Of a stretch of 64,000 bases of DNA, positions 45,016-59,975 are shown piece after piece. Position numbers and translations under genes: made by a program. The notes under the pieces were generated by a model. That model was not told the origin of the DNA and did not search any database. It saw nothing but the letters and a program-made list of their open reading frames with translations. Source of the DNA: Camelus dromedarius (lineage: Eukaryota); assembly GCF_036321535.1 (NCBI RefSeq), contig NC_087472.1:98706001-98770000 (forward strand), written 5' to 3'. The stretch's first letter is position 1; each line of letters begins with the position of its first letter.

Positions 45016-48000
45016 TACTCTCCTTATTTTGGTAATTTTTGATAAAATATATCTTATACTTGAGAATAACTTCAAAGTATTGGCAAATTGACTTTGTTTC
45101 TCTACCTTGAAAAGATTAATTTAGCTTTGTATGGTGAAGATGGAAAGAAAACCCTCTCAATGATTAAAAGACTAGAAAAATGTAATAAGCACTCATTTAT
45201 AGAATGTGTTATTTTTTCAAGTGCTTATAATTTCATACAAGAAAGAATTCAGAGAATCATATATTTTAAAAAGTATTTTAAAATACTTAATATATTCAGA
45301 TGGAACAAAATTCAAGTCGTACTAAAGAGTATATGGTGAAAAGCAAGTCTCTCTCCAACCCTTCATGAGCCACTCAATTTCCTTCTTGATATAATCACCA
45401 TTATTAGTTATTTGTTTCCTTCCAAAGAAACATCATGGACTGTTAAAGATAAGCCTCAGGAATAATAAATAGTATACTAAAGCATCTTTTCTAATTTTTT
45501 CCTATTACTCAATTACATTTAGAACATTCCTTCTATTAGACTGTCACCTTCTCAGGGGCAGATACAGTAGCATTACTCATCTGTCTATCTTCAATGTTAG
45601 TTAACATACATTTTTGCCATTATAGGAAATATTTATTCAATTAATACTGGGATAATTTAGACAAAACAACCTATTTCCAGCAACATTTGAGGAGGTCAAA
45701 TCGTTTAAGATAATGGCTAGGTATTTGCCCAGTCTATGATAAATGTAATGATGATATAAGACTGCATATATTATTAACATCTGTTTCCTTGTCTCTATTC
45801 CCACTGCTGTCCTATTCGAGGTCCTTTTTACTCCTTACTTTTGGTAAGGTATCCTAACAGGCCACTTTCTCTCCATCCTTCTTGCATTCTTCTCTCCCAT
45901 AAATTGCCTGTATACTGCTGCCAAGTTATTCTCCTAAATCTACAGCTTTAATCATCTCACTTTATAAACCTATTCCTAAATTCTAATGGCTCCCACTGTC
46001 TATCAATATAAAGTTTAAACTCTTTTGTACAGCAAGCCACTTCCAGTTTGACTTCAAATTACCTTCCCAGTGTTATCGCCAGAACTTGTGTGCCCAATTC
46101 CATCAAATTGGACTTCTTACATTTCCACTAAATAAAAATTGATAAGGTCCAGTATCATATGAGAAGATATGATGGTTTTTTTTAAAGAATATTAATTTCT
46201 CTCATCAAAAAATTAATTTATAGTTTATAATTTATAGTTTAATTTTTTCATACTCAATGAATAGGTAGCAGAAAGATAAACTAAACACTTCAACTGAGAT
46301 GTAGAAAAAATAATGCAGACCTTCACATTCTATATTAGCATGACTTAGAAGACTTATAATTAAGTCCGTTTTACTTTTTAAAAATAGTATGAATTCTTCT
46401 GGCCTTAGCATGTTTTTATAAACTAAAAAAGAACAATATTCTTGAAATACTCTTTTTTCTGTGGAGACGCACTAAGTTTTCTGCTAACTCTTACTTCATT
46501 ACAGTTGCCACATTTCTTTATGCACTATTCTCCAGATTTGAGCATTTCCTTCTAAAGGTTCAAGAAGCTTGTCTAGAGAGAATTTACTTTCAAAACTTAA
46601 TGCACATGAAACTTGGAAAGCCATTTACCAATCCAATAGTGAAAGAATGGTACTCTTGAGATTTTGCAGATTTTCTTTCACCTTCTCTTAAATTTCTTTG
46701 AATCACTAGTAAGGTGATTTTGCTGTGCTTGTGAACAGAATCACTCTTAAAAAAACCTAAATGTATACTCTAATTCACGTGGATTCTAGAAGAGCTCAGA
46801 ATTTGCTTCTTCCATTTTCTCTATACAATAGTTACATTTAAGGTTAATACCTGTCAGATGATCTCAGTGGTGGGAACCTTCAAAAGAACAGGAAGATATA
46901 TTTTCATATGCCTTTATCCCCTTAAGTATGAGTGGGTTATTTTTCCCCAAATGTCTATCAGAGGTAGAAAGGATAAATAAACTTTAGTACAAATACTATA
47001 TAGTGACGAGAATGAATCAGTTATTGTTACACCCAATGTGAGTGAATGTCACAAACTACCCAGCAAATATTATAGCTTTACCAGTACCTGAGAGGCCCCA
47101 TAATTCATGAAGAACGAGTCTTCTGATTCCTGTTTTTTGAATGTTGAAGAACACTCTTATTCAATACTTCCCCTGCACACAACCATTTGTTTTGGAGAGG
47201 TTAAAAGAGTGCTTCACTATTGTCTTCAGGATCTCCTCCAAGTCTCTTACTCCTTTTCTATAAAATTTGATGCTGACCTTTTTGGTGTTCATGCATGAAT
47301 AGGCAGCCTGGTTGACAGTAATTGTGAAATACCTCAATCATGAGATTCACTCTAATTACAGAAATGTAAAGTGTTAAAATATGTGTGCTTTGGAATTGAT
47401 GAGATTGATAGTCAGTTTTATCCTTGAAACTTTATTATCTATGAGAATTCTTTAAGCCTAGGTTGATGTTGCCTTCCTATAGTGAGCATTTCCCAGTTGC
47501 CTGGGGGCAGTTCCAACCTTGAACTACTTTAAATTATATACTTTGCTCAAGATATTTTTTGGTCATGCAGGTAATATGAATTTGGACTACAAATCCCTGG
47601 GTTAACTAGCTTGTGATTATGAATGAGTTCTCAGGGGAGTTTTTTTTTTTTTTCCATTCAACCCAGCGTGTCAAGGTTAAGATCAGCAATCTTTTTTTTT
47701 TTTTTTTTGCTGTCTCTTCTATAATGTAGTGTGTTTAGTTTAGTTTAGTTTTGATCTGATTTTTCTTTCTCATTTACCATTACACCTTTGGATTCCATCT
47801 TTATGAGGAGTTTCTTGGCATCTGGGCATCTGAACTTTATCTCCTGTCCCCCTTCCATGTCTGTGCAGCTGTCAAGGCAAAAGGTTAAAGTGTCTAGGAT
47901 TCAGTAGAAACTCTCAGGTTGAGGCTGACTTTGATATTAAGTTAAATACAAGGTTTCACTTTGTTTTACTTCTACAGAATTCTTCCTTTTGTATCAGCTC

Positions 48001-49729
48001 ATCAATGCATTTAAAAAGATTTTTTTTGTTTTTTAGTTAAGAGGTTGATCAGGGTAACTAGTCTGCCATCTGACTATCCTGGAAACTCATTCATTGATTC
48101 ATTCAGAATAATAGCTTTAGGATAAAAACAAAATATCTGTCATAATACAATTGTTGCAATGAAGTCTTCACTATAGTGAGAAATAACTGTTCTAGATATT
48201 TCTTTAATTTTGGGAACTACTGTAGCATTGTTCTTATCTTAAGTTTTAGCTTAGATATCAAAGTCATTGGTGGAAATGGAAAATCTTGACATAGAAAATC
48301 TCAATATTATTTTTCTGGGTTTTCAGAATTAGGAAGACAGCCTAAGCCTTTATTTTCAAATCATCTGTCTGGTTTTCATAACTAATTTAAGATTTAGATT
48401 TAATGAATATTTTCTGATCCAGAAGAGATGCTCAGTACTATCACAGTTTTTGTTTGTATTAGTTGCTGTTTATTTAAACTCTTTTGATTTATGGTTTGCG
48501 CTAAGTCAGATGACCTACTGCCCATCACAAAATTGGCACATCTTTCAGTGTACCTTAGTTCCATCTAAAGTCAGTTATATTAAGGTTTAATCTATATTAT
48601 CTGAATCTTTAGAATATCAAACTATGCAGTCATAAATTAAAATAGGCAGCATAGCTGTGAAATGCAAGACATCGACAAGGATAGACCAATCTGTTTGTAG
48701 CAATTAGACATACAGAAAAGTGTTTGTTTGCTTGGCTAGGTATAGAATTCTCAGCCAGGCTGATTATTTTGAATATACATAAGAAAAACAGTGGATTTTA
48801 GGCTATATCTATACCCAGTGAAAAATGCAATTGCCCAGAAGTGAGTACAAGTATTATATTTCTGTTTACTCTGGGGCAAACTGGTGGTTAAACTAGGCAG
48901 TGAAAGTAAAGAAAATTTATAGCCCTTTTTGCTGACTCATGGCACATTTTTTGCATAAGTAGGTATGTTAGTTAAGGAGACAGAGCTGTTAATAGCAATA
49001 GGTTTTGCATTTGTGGCTAGATTAGGTTAAATTCTTTTGTTAGGTGTGCTGCTGCTTTTATAGTACTCATCAAGCTTATAATAATGTGTTACCAATTTTT
49101 CCACTAGACTGTGAAGTCTTTGAGGGGAGAGCACTTGGCTGTTGTTTCCTTCTGTAGCTCACTGCCTGTCACATTGCTATGTACTGAGTACACAGACACA
49201 TAAATTCATATATTTATTTTTATGTTTATGATTCAGTTGTTACAACTGAGAATTGAAGGACAGTCTTTATAGACATTGGGTGGAGAAGGAACTGTTTATC
49301 AAGCGTCCTTTCCCTCTCCTCAATTACTGTCTCCCCCACCACCACACACTTGAAAATAATGTGCATGATCATCATTCAGTTCAAAGGACAAGACAAAATA
49401 CCCAGTTCTGAGTTTTCAGTGCTAGGCATTGAATTAGTGATACCAGGAAGATCCTCAGCTCTGACAGTGAAGGATTCAGTGTTTCAAATCAGCAAAGCAG
49501 AATGTAATTCTAAGCACAAACTACATTTCACTTCCAATCTCTCTCACCATAGAATATAAAAATTTAAAAATAAAATTTGAAGAATGTATATTTGGCAGCA
49601 AAGTAAATTCCATTTGATTGACAAGGTAACTCCTCTATCAGGCAAAACTCTAAAGTCAATTTGGTCAAAAGTAAATTTTAAAAAAATTAACAGATCTGTT
49701 AATCTTCTCTTTTTTATTCAAACACGTAA

Positions 49730-51090
49730 CTGTCAGCTTCATTTTTTTGCCACTTGGAGATCTCCTTTCTGGAACCCACTGTCCTCCTCTTCCTGACTGG
49801 TTGCTTTTTAGGTTTGTTGCCCAGTCCTCTTTTGGAACTTCCCTTTAGTATCATCCTGGGAATTTCCTTCATCCCTTTCCTGTGTGGAGTAATTTCTCTC
49901 TTGGAGCCCATATCTTCCTCTTTCTTGGTTTATTCTTCTTTTGGTGGTGTACATTCTCCAGTAGCTTTTGGGTAAAGGAGACTTTTTAAAATTCTTATCT
50001 GTCTGAAAATGTCTTTAGACAACTGTCACATTAGATTGGTTATATATAGAAATCTAGGTTGGAAATAATCTTCTTTCAGAGTTTTGAAGGCAATGTCTTC
50101 TTCTAGCTTCCAGTATTGTTTTAAGAACTGCAATGCCATTCTAATTTTTGATCTTCTGTAAGTGCACTGTATTTTCTCTCTGGAAACTTTTGGAATCATC
50201 CTTTTATTTTCATGCTCTGAAGTTTTACTACAACATGTTTTGATATGAGTCGCTTACTTGTTGTGTTGAGCACTTGCTGGGTCCTTGAAGAAACTTTTGC
50301 TCTTCGGTTGTGGGAAATTTTCTTGTATTATTTCTTTGATCATTTTTCTCCTCTGTTTTCTTTCCTCTCTCTGTATCTCTTATTTCTCATAATAGACCTG
50401 CAGCATGGAGTCTGATTTTTTTTGTCTTTCTATTGTCTCTTTATCTTTCTGTGCTTTCCTCCTTAGATTTCCTCAACTCTGTCTTCTAATTCTTCTATTT
50501 GTATTTTTTATTAAGTAAATAGGATTTTTTGTGCATGAATTCCAAAGTTAACCTTAAACATATTCAATCTTATATTTTATTGTTAAGATATAGTAACTCT
50601 TAATCAGATACTTTGTATTTTAATCTTTAACTACTTTTTCTGATTACAGAAGCATTACAGGCTAGATTAAAAACAACAAAAACAAAAGCTCAAAGAACAC
50701 AAAGTGTATAAATAGTAAAAACTGAGAGTATCCTATAATCCTATTACCTAGTAAGAAACTCATTTAATATTTTTCTATGAAAATTTTTATCTGTGTGTAG
50801 TCATACCATGGATACTGTTTTATAACTCAAAAACAATATGCTTGGACATTTTCAAGGTCTCTATTTTTAAAATGACTGTACAATATTCCATTTTGTGGAT
50901 GTACCATTATTTATTTAAGTGTTCCTTTATTGAGGGTTATTTGAGATTTTCATAATTTTTTTGCTTATACAAAATTGTGCAGTGAAAATCCATGTACATA
51001 AATCTTTGTACAATTGTATGATTGAATCTGTGGGATAATTTCCTAGAATTGCCATAACTGGGGTCAATGGATAAAGTTCTTAAATTTTTA
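49730..51090 (-). mobile_element. Old L1M fragments (ORF1 region, then a 3'-end fragment)
   Basis: tctgaaaatgtcttta..tatagaaatctaggttggaaataatcttctttcagagttttgaagg (antisense ORF1); aatattccattttgtggatgtacca..tgggataatttcctaga (antisense ORF2 end). Confidence 0.7.
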
Positions 51091-52579
51091 GCATACATTT
51101 CATAATAATTTAACAGTCACTTTGCTGCTTTAATTGATACTTAAGGTGGCAGAAGAACTGCTTTTTCTTCTATAATCAGCATTGTACTTACTCCTGATTT
51201 CTTACTAAATAACAAGCAATTGCAATAATTACCATCTTAATTGGTTATGAATCGATTGCAGAGCCTACAGAATGTGTATAAATAAAGACAGACCAAATAA
51301 GTCATGGCATGACTGGCTCATTACCCTAGTGGCATAAACTTTATTATGAAATATCTGAAGTGTACATATTCCCATTTAGATGCTTCACCAGCCTAGAAAT
51401 AAGATACAATGACTTACCAAGAGAATGAAAGTGGAAATTACCTATTACCCAGATTATTCTCAAGGAAGGATGTATCCAAAGTTGTGGATCATTTCTGTGC
51501 AGATATGTAGAAAGTTTGCTTTTTCCAGGGTGTTAAGGCAGCACTCATGCACCAAAGGTTGTTCTTGATTACAGAAAATCCTGGTCTATCTTTGTGCTTT
51601 TCAGATAGATGACATCCTATATGCAGGCCAGGAACTCCAGTCCCTACTAACCTATTTTTCCATTTCTAAAATATGTGTAAAGTGGTGAAGTACTTATTGG
51701 TATTGAGAAATAACTAATGAACATGATTACCCAACATGCTGAAAGCATAAAGGGCCATTGAAATCTAAATAAATGTATAAATAAATAATACATTTCTGCT
51801 AAATTAAACCCTGTTTTATTTAAAGTATATGAGACAATCAACTATAAAAAAAAAATCTTTTTTCTTCAATACTTAGTGTATTTTAGCCTTTCCAAATATT
51901 CAGCATAATGGTCACTCTTATACGTTTATTATGGCATTTGGAAACATGTTTGAGAATAATTAAGCTTAAGAAATTAAAGAAAACTTTCATAATTCCATTT
52001 AATATCACTCTTGAGTTATATATACCAGGTAGCAAACTAGGAAGTGTAATCATAAGAGATAATAATGGCAGAAAATATATGTAGATAGCACAAAGCTTAG
52101 TAATTAGAATCATAGTGGAATATTAGGGGAAAATAGGGTTATTTGGGAGCTTATTTCTTACATTTTGAGGATGATGACCTAAAAACACCCAAATGTACCA
52201 TCTTCCCTCTGCCAGAGAAAAGGTGCTACAGTTTTTTGGACCTTGGAACTGAGCCCTTTGGCTATTTTTTGGCCTGACCATTTTCTTCATTTAGAAGAAA
52301 TGACCCAAATCATGTTTATCCCATGGTTATTCGTTACTCTTATATAATGATCTAAAAAAAAACTCCTCTTTACTCCTTCTTGAATTTTACCTTTTTTTTT
52401 TTTTTTGTCTTTCTCTAGAACCCAAGTTTAGATTCTGCTTTGCTATTGACTTACTCTGTTAGTCACTTTAACTGTGTAGGCATTGTTATCCTTGTCTCTA
52501 TAATAAAATATTTAAAATGCTTAAATAATACCAAATAATCACTGTGGTCTCTTCCAGTTTTACTTTTTGAGATTATAAA

Positions 52580-53050
52580 AGGTCAATCCCTCCATAATCC
52601 TTCAGTGGCTTTCTACCGCACTAACGATAAAATCAAAACCTTTTTGCACGGTCTGTAAGGCCTTACATGATCAGCCCTGCCTCCATCTCTTCCATCTCAT
52701 GCCGCAGTCCTGTGCTCACTACAAGCCAGCCACATCAACTTATTACCCTTTTGGGGATTAGCTCAAATAAATATTGCCTTTTCAGAAAGATTTTCCCTGA
52801 CCCCTTTATTTAACTTAAGCCACCTCATGGAAGTTACTCAGGTGTTACCATATTAACATTTTAATCTCCCTCAAACTCTTTATCACAACCAGTTATTATC
52901 TTTGTTTCTTCTCATGCCAGATTAGGATGTTAGCTCCATGGAGATGGTATCTGGTTTATTTTACATTTATTCCTGTATCTTTAGTGCCAACACAGTTCCT
53001 GACACGCAAAATGTGTTAAAAAAAATACTTGCTAAATATTTATTGTTGGA
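52580..53050 (+). mobile_element. L2 3' fragment
   Basis: atccttcagtggctttctaccgcac..aaaatcaaaacc..taaggccttacatgatc ... cacagttcctgacacgc..taaatatttattgttg. Confidence 0.7.
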
Positions 53051-56000
53051 AAGAGACTGGTAGGGGTAGAAATGGTATATGAACCAAGAAGCAGGGGCTA
53101 AAAGAGGCCCTGTGGTATATTGTGCTGTTTACAATAGTCAGTGAAACCCTACAGTCTCCTTATAACAACCACACAGCCAAACAGTCGACCTAAATTGATA
53201 TCCTGCGTAGCTCTGGTATAAACCATAGAAGAAATTGCACATTTGATGGCTTTTTCTCAGGAAGACAGCCCTATTGAGAGACCTGAGAGTGCCTTGGTAT
53301 ACTTACAGGTCCCCATTGTTCTCTAACCAGGGCTTTCTTCTTTACCTCGTCTCAAATTAGGCTCCAGAGATAATAATATTAGGAAATCTAAGCTGAAATG
53401 GACCCTAGAGCAATTTCAGGGAAGGAGTCAGGGTGAGGTTTGGATGATATAAAATATTTTATTACTTAGCTTTTTGTTGTTGTTGTTACAATGGTGCAAG
53501 TGTATAAAGTGGAAAAAACTACTGGCAAAAACCCAGTATTGGGGATTTAATCAAATGTCTATCTGATTTAACCAAAATCGTAGAAACAGTTTAGTAACTT
53601 TTCTTTTCAAAAGTAATAAAATTAATTTAATTCATATAAAAAGAACATATATATTAAATTCTCAGTTTAATCTCTGCTCTGCCATTGACTTACTCTATTG
53701 GTCATTTCAACTCTCTAGGTCTTAGTATCCTTATATATATGTATAATAAAATAAATTAAATGATCACTATGGTCTCTTCCAGCTTAATATTTTGTGATTT
53801 TATGATATGGACCAAGCAATAATATCTGGACCATGATCTTTACCTTTTGAAAATTTGTTCCTTGAAACCGTATTTTGGAATGAGAGGTTGTAATGTCAGG
53901 CGCAGAAAGGCATTGAATGTTCAGAAAAAAATTAGAGACCATATTATGTACATATTGTTTATAATGCTTAACGAGTAGCAGGCACCAGTTCTTTGGGTGC
54001 TATAATTGGATCAGGCCCAAGTTAGGTTGGATATGGTTAAATAAGCCCTATCATGATAGAGTAACTTTGGATAAGTAGATTTTCCCCCCAAAGCATACCT
54101 ACCACATTTATAATATGTCACTAAAATAAGGTTATAATGTCCCATTTATTGAAATGAGAACTAAATGGCCACTGGGGATGGCTGAATTGATCCTCAGGGA
54201 GAAGATCTTTTTCCTTTTCCTCCAGAGAGTCAACAGGAAGTGTTTCATTTTAGTACTGGCTTTGTCACTATCCACATTTTTATGGATAAATATGATTGAC
54301 TGTTATGAAAATCACATCACAGCTATTTTTCCTACTTTGTATAAAGTGACCTTTCTCAGTCACATTCACCTGCTGTCCTCCATGTGTCACAAAGGAATCA
54401 ACCACCATGTGAGACATGAGTCATCTATCCAAAGAAAATGCAGCCTGCTAAGACCCATTCTTCCTTTACTTAATTCACATTAGCTTGGAAGTTCAACTAT
54501 AGTGACTAGGTGGGATTGTTACTTAGGCAACATATACAGTTGAATCTTATTTATAATGTTTTATGTAAATAACAGTCATGTTAACCAAGAAGCACCACAA
54601 AATTTGAATTGCTTTGTGTTATGCCTGAGATGGATATCACATTCACCACATGTGTATCCACAGTGTAAGGAATCCTGCTATGGTAGCAGTTGGAAGACAG
54701 AAGCAGCATAGTTAAAAAAAAAAAATCTCTAAACTATAAGGAGGAAGCAGTTGCCCGAGACTTCAGATGAGCTCCAGAACTAAAGCAGTCCTGAGGATAT
54801 AAGATATATACAAATATGATATAGTTACACAGTGATTTCTAGATTTTTTCATATTCATTTTTTTCATATTCATTCTCTGATTTGTACCTCATTAGCTGGT
54901 GAGGTAACAAGGCAGGCCTTGTGATTATTTTTTAGAGATGAAACAAGTGTCTTGCTTTAATAAATAGTAGTTAGTAAAATAAAGGGCACACTTCACTTGG
55001 GCATTTACTGATATGTTTGTACTATAATATAATTTAAAAGGTCTCCTCTAATTTATTTTTCTGTGTGTCTATGTAGGATGCTGACCAAAAGCAAATAAAT
55101 TTTGACATTGACTGAATTGCCAGGTAACATGTCATTAAAAAGGTAGATTCTGCTATTTTGGTATTGTAATTGATTACACATATTAGAAATTTGTATTAGC
55201 TATATCATTGCCTTATTATAAGAATGCAAGATGACTTCATGAAAGTTGTTTAACACTGTATCTTATTGCTTTTCAAGTATTGATTTGACATCTGTACACC
55301 TTGATTTAAAACTTACATTTTATTTTGTATTTAACTCATACCCAGTTAAGTTTAAAATGAATTGGAGCATGGTTTAGGGCATAACTTATTTAAAAGTAAA
55401 CCATTTGTCATTGGAGTGAAATGAAGTCATGGGATTTATGGTAGCTAACAGTTCAATGAAATGGTGCCCTTTTACTGTATCTTTGAATCATTCCATTTCT
55501 CTATATTCACACTTCCATTATCCATGCCTATTCCCATGTACCAGATGCTATGCTGTTCCACAGTAAAGGGGATAGTTTTAAACTTCCTCTACTTTCAGAA
55601 GGCAGTTTTCTTGCAGTTCAGTTTGTGAACAAAAATGATCAATATTTATTATTTTAGTGAAATCAATACTCTGATTTATTTGCCCAAAGTTAATTAGGAC
55701 CAATACTTTGTATTCTGCTAATAAAACTAACTTTTTTACATTCAGGAGAAACATTAGCACCTTCCTTTTATCATCCTTAAGCAGCTCTTTGGCATAATAA
55801 TGATACTTTAAATCAGATCAAAAGCTCATAGGATAAGACACTTAATTTGTTAGTATTTCTTATATTTGAATGAAATAGCGATAATGACAGCCTTCTGCAT
55901 TTCTTTTAACATTCATTAGGTCATTTAGGCCTTTTATTGTGTGAAGAAATAATTATCAACAAAACATTGTCTCTTACTCAATATGAAAAACATTCTAATT

Positions 56001-56320
56001 CAAATTTAATCAAAGTATCAAGAATGCTGAGGCAATGAGATATATCTCTTTTGAGAATATGGTAAAACCTTCCTGTTTGCTGTGGCCAGGAATGCTCCAT
56101 ACAGAGATGGTCCGAGACTCAAGAGAAGACTCAAGCAAACATATGGTTTTAGCAGCTTAATGAAAAAGCGGAGCCTCTACTTAGGGAACTATAATTAGAA
56201 AGACCTATAATCATCGTGCTAAATCAGGATGGGGAATTCTTCAGCACCTCAGAGTAATTATCTAGGGATATGAAAGAAATACAAACACCTGGAGGCTCCG
56301 AGAAGGTACATGACCTGAGG

Positions 56321-56496
56321 CAGGGTCAGCTTCATGGGCATGTGACCTGTGCAGTTGCATAGAGCCAAAGGCTCAGAAGGACCCTGCACTTAGTTTAATG
56401 CTCTGCTTTTGCTTTCTTAAATGCCTGATAATTTTTGAACAAGGGCCCCGTCATTTTCCTTTTGCTTTGGGCCTTGCAAATATATAGCCAGTCCTA
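56321..56496 (+). mobile_element. MER45A-like hAT MITE
   Basis: cagggtcagcttcatgggcatgtgacctgtgcagt ... gggccttgcaaatatatagccagtcct follows the MER45A pattern. Confidence 0.8.
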
Positions 56497-56889
56497 ACAT
56501 GAGACCACCTGAGAAAGCAGCTTTTGGATAAGGTAGCTGGTTAATGATAAAGAACCATGCCAGCGGCTTTGCCAGTGGGATACATTGAGCCAACTATAGA
56601 GAACAGTGCAGACTGGGCCCTCCACTGATTTAGAGAATAATGACTATTTTTGAAAGACTTGTGAGGAGGAAAGGCAATAAGGTTGGAGATGAATGCTTCC
56701 TTACTTTTGGTACCTTGTGTTCTACATAATTTAAGGTGGATTTCCCACCTGGCTTTCTAGATCAGTGCTCTCCAAACATTACTAATTGCCCACTCTTATC
56801 ATTATAAAAATGCGTAAACATCTATATCCCAATACAGGCTTATTAGTTTAAAACTTACCTATCATATTACTATAAAACCATGTTATTTG

Positions 56890-57208
56890 TCAAAATTATC
56901 AAATAGAAATATAATGTGAGCCACAAATGAAAGCCATATATATAATTTTAAATTTTCTAGTAGCCAAATTAAAAAAATAAAAAGAAACAAGGAATTAATT
57001 TTAATAATTATTTTAGTTAAGTCAGTATATCAAAAATATTTTCATTTCAGCATGACATCAGTATGAAAATATGAGATGTTTACATTTTTAATACTAAGTC
57101 TTTGAAATCTGTTGTATATTTTAAACTTTTAGCATTTCAATTCAGGCTAGCCACATTGCAAGTGTTCAATAACCACATGTGGCTAATGGCTTACAATTGG
57201 ATAGTCTA
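56890..57208 (+). mobile_element. MER33/MER3-like hAT-Charlie MITE
   Basis: aatagaaatataatgtgagccac..aattttctagtagcca ... ctagccacattgcaagtgttcaataaccacatgtggctaatggct. Strand is nominal. Confidence 0.8.
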
Positions 57209-58239
57209 CTTTTATATATAAAATATAAATTAAAGTATGAGAATAAAAAAGATAATGTAAAAGGAAGCTCCACATTCTAGATTTTTTAGCCTTGCAAATT
57301 CCCTGAGGTGTATGAATCCCACAATTAAAACAGGTGGTCTAGAATTGTGATTGGATTTATCAAGTTAATAGGTATGACAATTCTGAAGGGTGAAGTTTTT
57401 TTATGCCGTAGTTGGTATTGATGCAGATATTCCCCCCCACCCCCCACACACATTTCTTTGAAGAGAAGGGAACATAGAACCTATTTCTTTATGGGAAGAT
57501 TGCCAACTTTCATATTTAAGAAGACTGTGTGGGATGAGATATATTTTGGCAACCATCTTTGGAAAATATAGTATGCCCCAATTCCTTACCACTGTGTAAA
57601 GTTGAGGCTCTAGGAAATTGCACTATATTGTTCCCTCTGGCATATTTTTCCATACCTCTGGGCACATACATATTCCTCTTTGGGAAGCTCAGAAAGAAAT
57701 ATGAGAAACTGGAGCAGTAGCTAGGCTATATCAAGTCGTGGAAGACTTTTTGTGTCATACCAGGGAGCTTGAACTTTATCTCATTGGGGTTTTTCAACTG
57801 GGGAATAGCATAGGCAGAGTTCCTCTGATTGCAGTAGGAGGGTGGATTTAACAGGCCAAGACAGAGCCTAAGGCAAGTAGGAAGTAAAATAGTATATCAA
57901 AGCAGTGGTCTCAGCTTGCTCACCAAATCTCATCAGATACACATGCTTGCTTATTAAGATGTTCTACTTGGAGCACTTGTCAAGTGAAGTTCTAAAAGTA
58001 GGAACAGAAAGAAGCAGTTGAAAAAGCTTGTTAATGAAAATGTTAAGTGTTTGAATCTTAATGACTTTGAGCCTAAGCTTGAAAGTGTCCACTCCTATTT
58101 CCTTCCCTACATTGCCTTTCTGCTTCCTTACAAATCCAAATACATTTAATTTATCTTAAATCAAAGAGAGATTATAAGTGAAGACAACTTCAGATGTCTC
58201 TATGGCACCACAAACCCAAAAGAAGTCAAAGGTCTAGAG

Positions 58240-59535
58240 AACAGGGGTGGAAATGGTTAATTTCAGGGCTATATTAAGACAATTGAGGAATATTCCACAG
58301 ACAAATTGATCTATACTTTTCAAAAATGTCAATATCATGAAAAATAAATAGACTAAGAAATTGTTTCAGATTGAAGGATAGTAAAAATATATGATAACTA
58401 AATGCAATCTTGGATTGGATCCCGGATTAAAAATATTTACTCTAAAGGGCATTGCTGGGACCATCAGAGAAATCTGAACGTGGACTATGTATTAATCAGT
58501 ATTATTGTATTGTAGGGGAGGAAGACTTTTCCTTTCTTCCCTTCTAAGTTTTTTGGCTGGCCTACTAATTAAATTGACACAAAACAGATTAACCAGAGAA
58601 AAACAAATAATTTCATTTGTCCGAGAGCTCATAAAAACATGAGACTCAAAGAAGTGACCAAAGCAGGAAGCTTTTATACCTTTTAGACAAAGAAACAGTA
58701 AACTTGTATAGAATTGACAAATTTGGGCTTGGGGTAGTAAGTTAGTGAGGAAGTAACAAGGTTTGTTTATACAGCCTTCTTGGCCCTAAATTTCCTATCT
58801 CTGGCGATCCGGTTACCTTCTACTGTCCTGGTATAGGAAGAGTACCTTTCACGTGGGAGATTTATTTTCTACTTTCAGGGGAACAAAGGAGTGTCAGAGT
58901 GTCCTTCTTGAACCAGCTGTTTCTTAAGTAACTTTAATTCAAAATAATCAGTATGTCAAGGTGGCATATCTTGGGGTGGCATATTTTGCTTTCCTTCAGT
59001 ATCAGTTTCATTTCCTGAACTGATCATTGTAATATGGTTATAGAAAAGAATATCTTTATTCTTAAGAGATACATGCTGAAATATTTCAGGGCAGAAGGTC
59101 ATGATATCTGCAACTTAAAACTACTCTTATCAATAAAAAAATGTTTAAAAAAAACTACTCTTATATGACTCACTAAAAAAAATTGGAATATGTTTACACA
59201 TATATTTATATACTATATAAAAATGTTAGCAGTTGGTAATCTTGGTAAATAGGTATGGGTATTAATTGTGCTATTTTTATGATTTTTCCGAAGGTTTGAA
59301 TTTTTCAAAAAGGTCTATTTTAGATATGCACAGTTAAATACTTACAAACATAATGATACAATGTCAGATTTGGTGCAGAATAATGATGGATGGGGAGTGA
59401 AAATGGGTGAAAGTATAGATGAAATAATTATCAAGATTGTAGATTATTGAAGCTGGGTGATAAATATGTGATGGTTCATTATATTATTCTGTCTACTTTG
59501 GTATATTTTTAAAAATTTCTGTAACAAAACATTAA
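58240..59535 (+). mobile_element. L1MC/L1ME 3'UTR fragments, interrupted by an LTR
   Basis: caaaaatgtcaatatcatgaaa..ataactaaatgcaatcttggattggatcc ... ttcttaagagatacatgctgaaatattt. Confidence 0.75.
58511..58998 (-). mobile_element. ERV1 solo LTR (MER34/MER39-like), related to the 23318 copy
   Basis: TG...CA ends; perfect 4-bp TSD GTAT (58507-58510, 58999-59002); minus start TGAAGGAAAGCAAAATATGCCACCCCAAGATATGCCAC. Confidence 0.85.
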
Positions 59536-59754
59536 AAAGAAGACAACAGAGGTCCTAAATAAAGAAGAGTATGGTGCCCCACCCTCATAAATAAGTAAAA
59601 AGAAACAATGCTAATACTAAAGAAAGTAATTCCATCTAAGTTGTAACTTTGCCAATTCTACTTTAATGTGGATGTGGAGGGTGCAGTTATAAAATATTAC
59701 ATTTTTTCATAAGGAGATTTTGGATGCTGCATTGTATTGGTTTCCTAGCATATA

Positions 59755-59975
59755 CAGTTGACCCTTGAACAACACAGGGGTTACGGGTGCTGACACCTGT
59801 GCAGTGGAAAAATCTCATTATAATTTTATGCTTGGTCCTCTGTATCTACGGTTCTGTATCTACAGGTTCAACCAACTGTGGATCATGTAATACTGTAGTA
59901 CATATTTCCTGAGCAAAAAAATCCATGTATAAGGTGGACCTGTGCATTTCAAACCGTGTTATTCAAGGGTCATTG
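59755..59975 (+). mobile_element. MER8-like Tigger MITE
   Basis: TIRs CAGTTGACCCTTGAACAACAC / GTGTTATTCAAGGGTCATTG flanked by TA on both sides. Confidence 0.88.
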
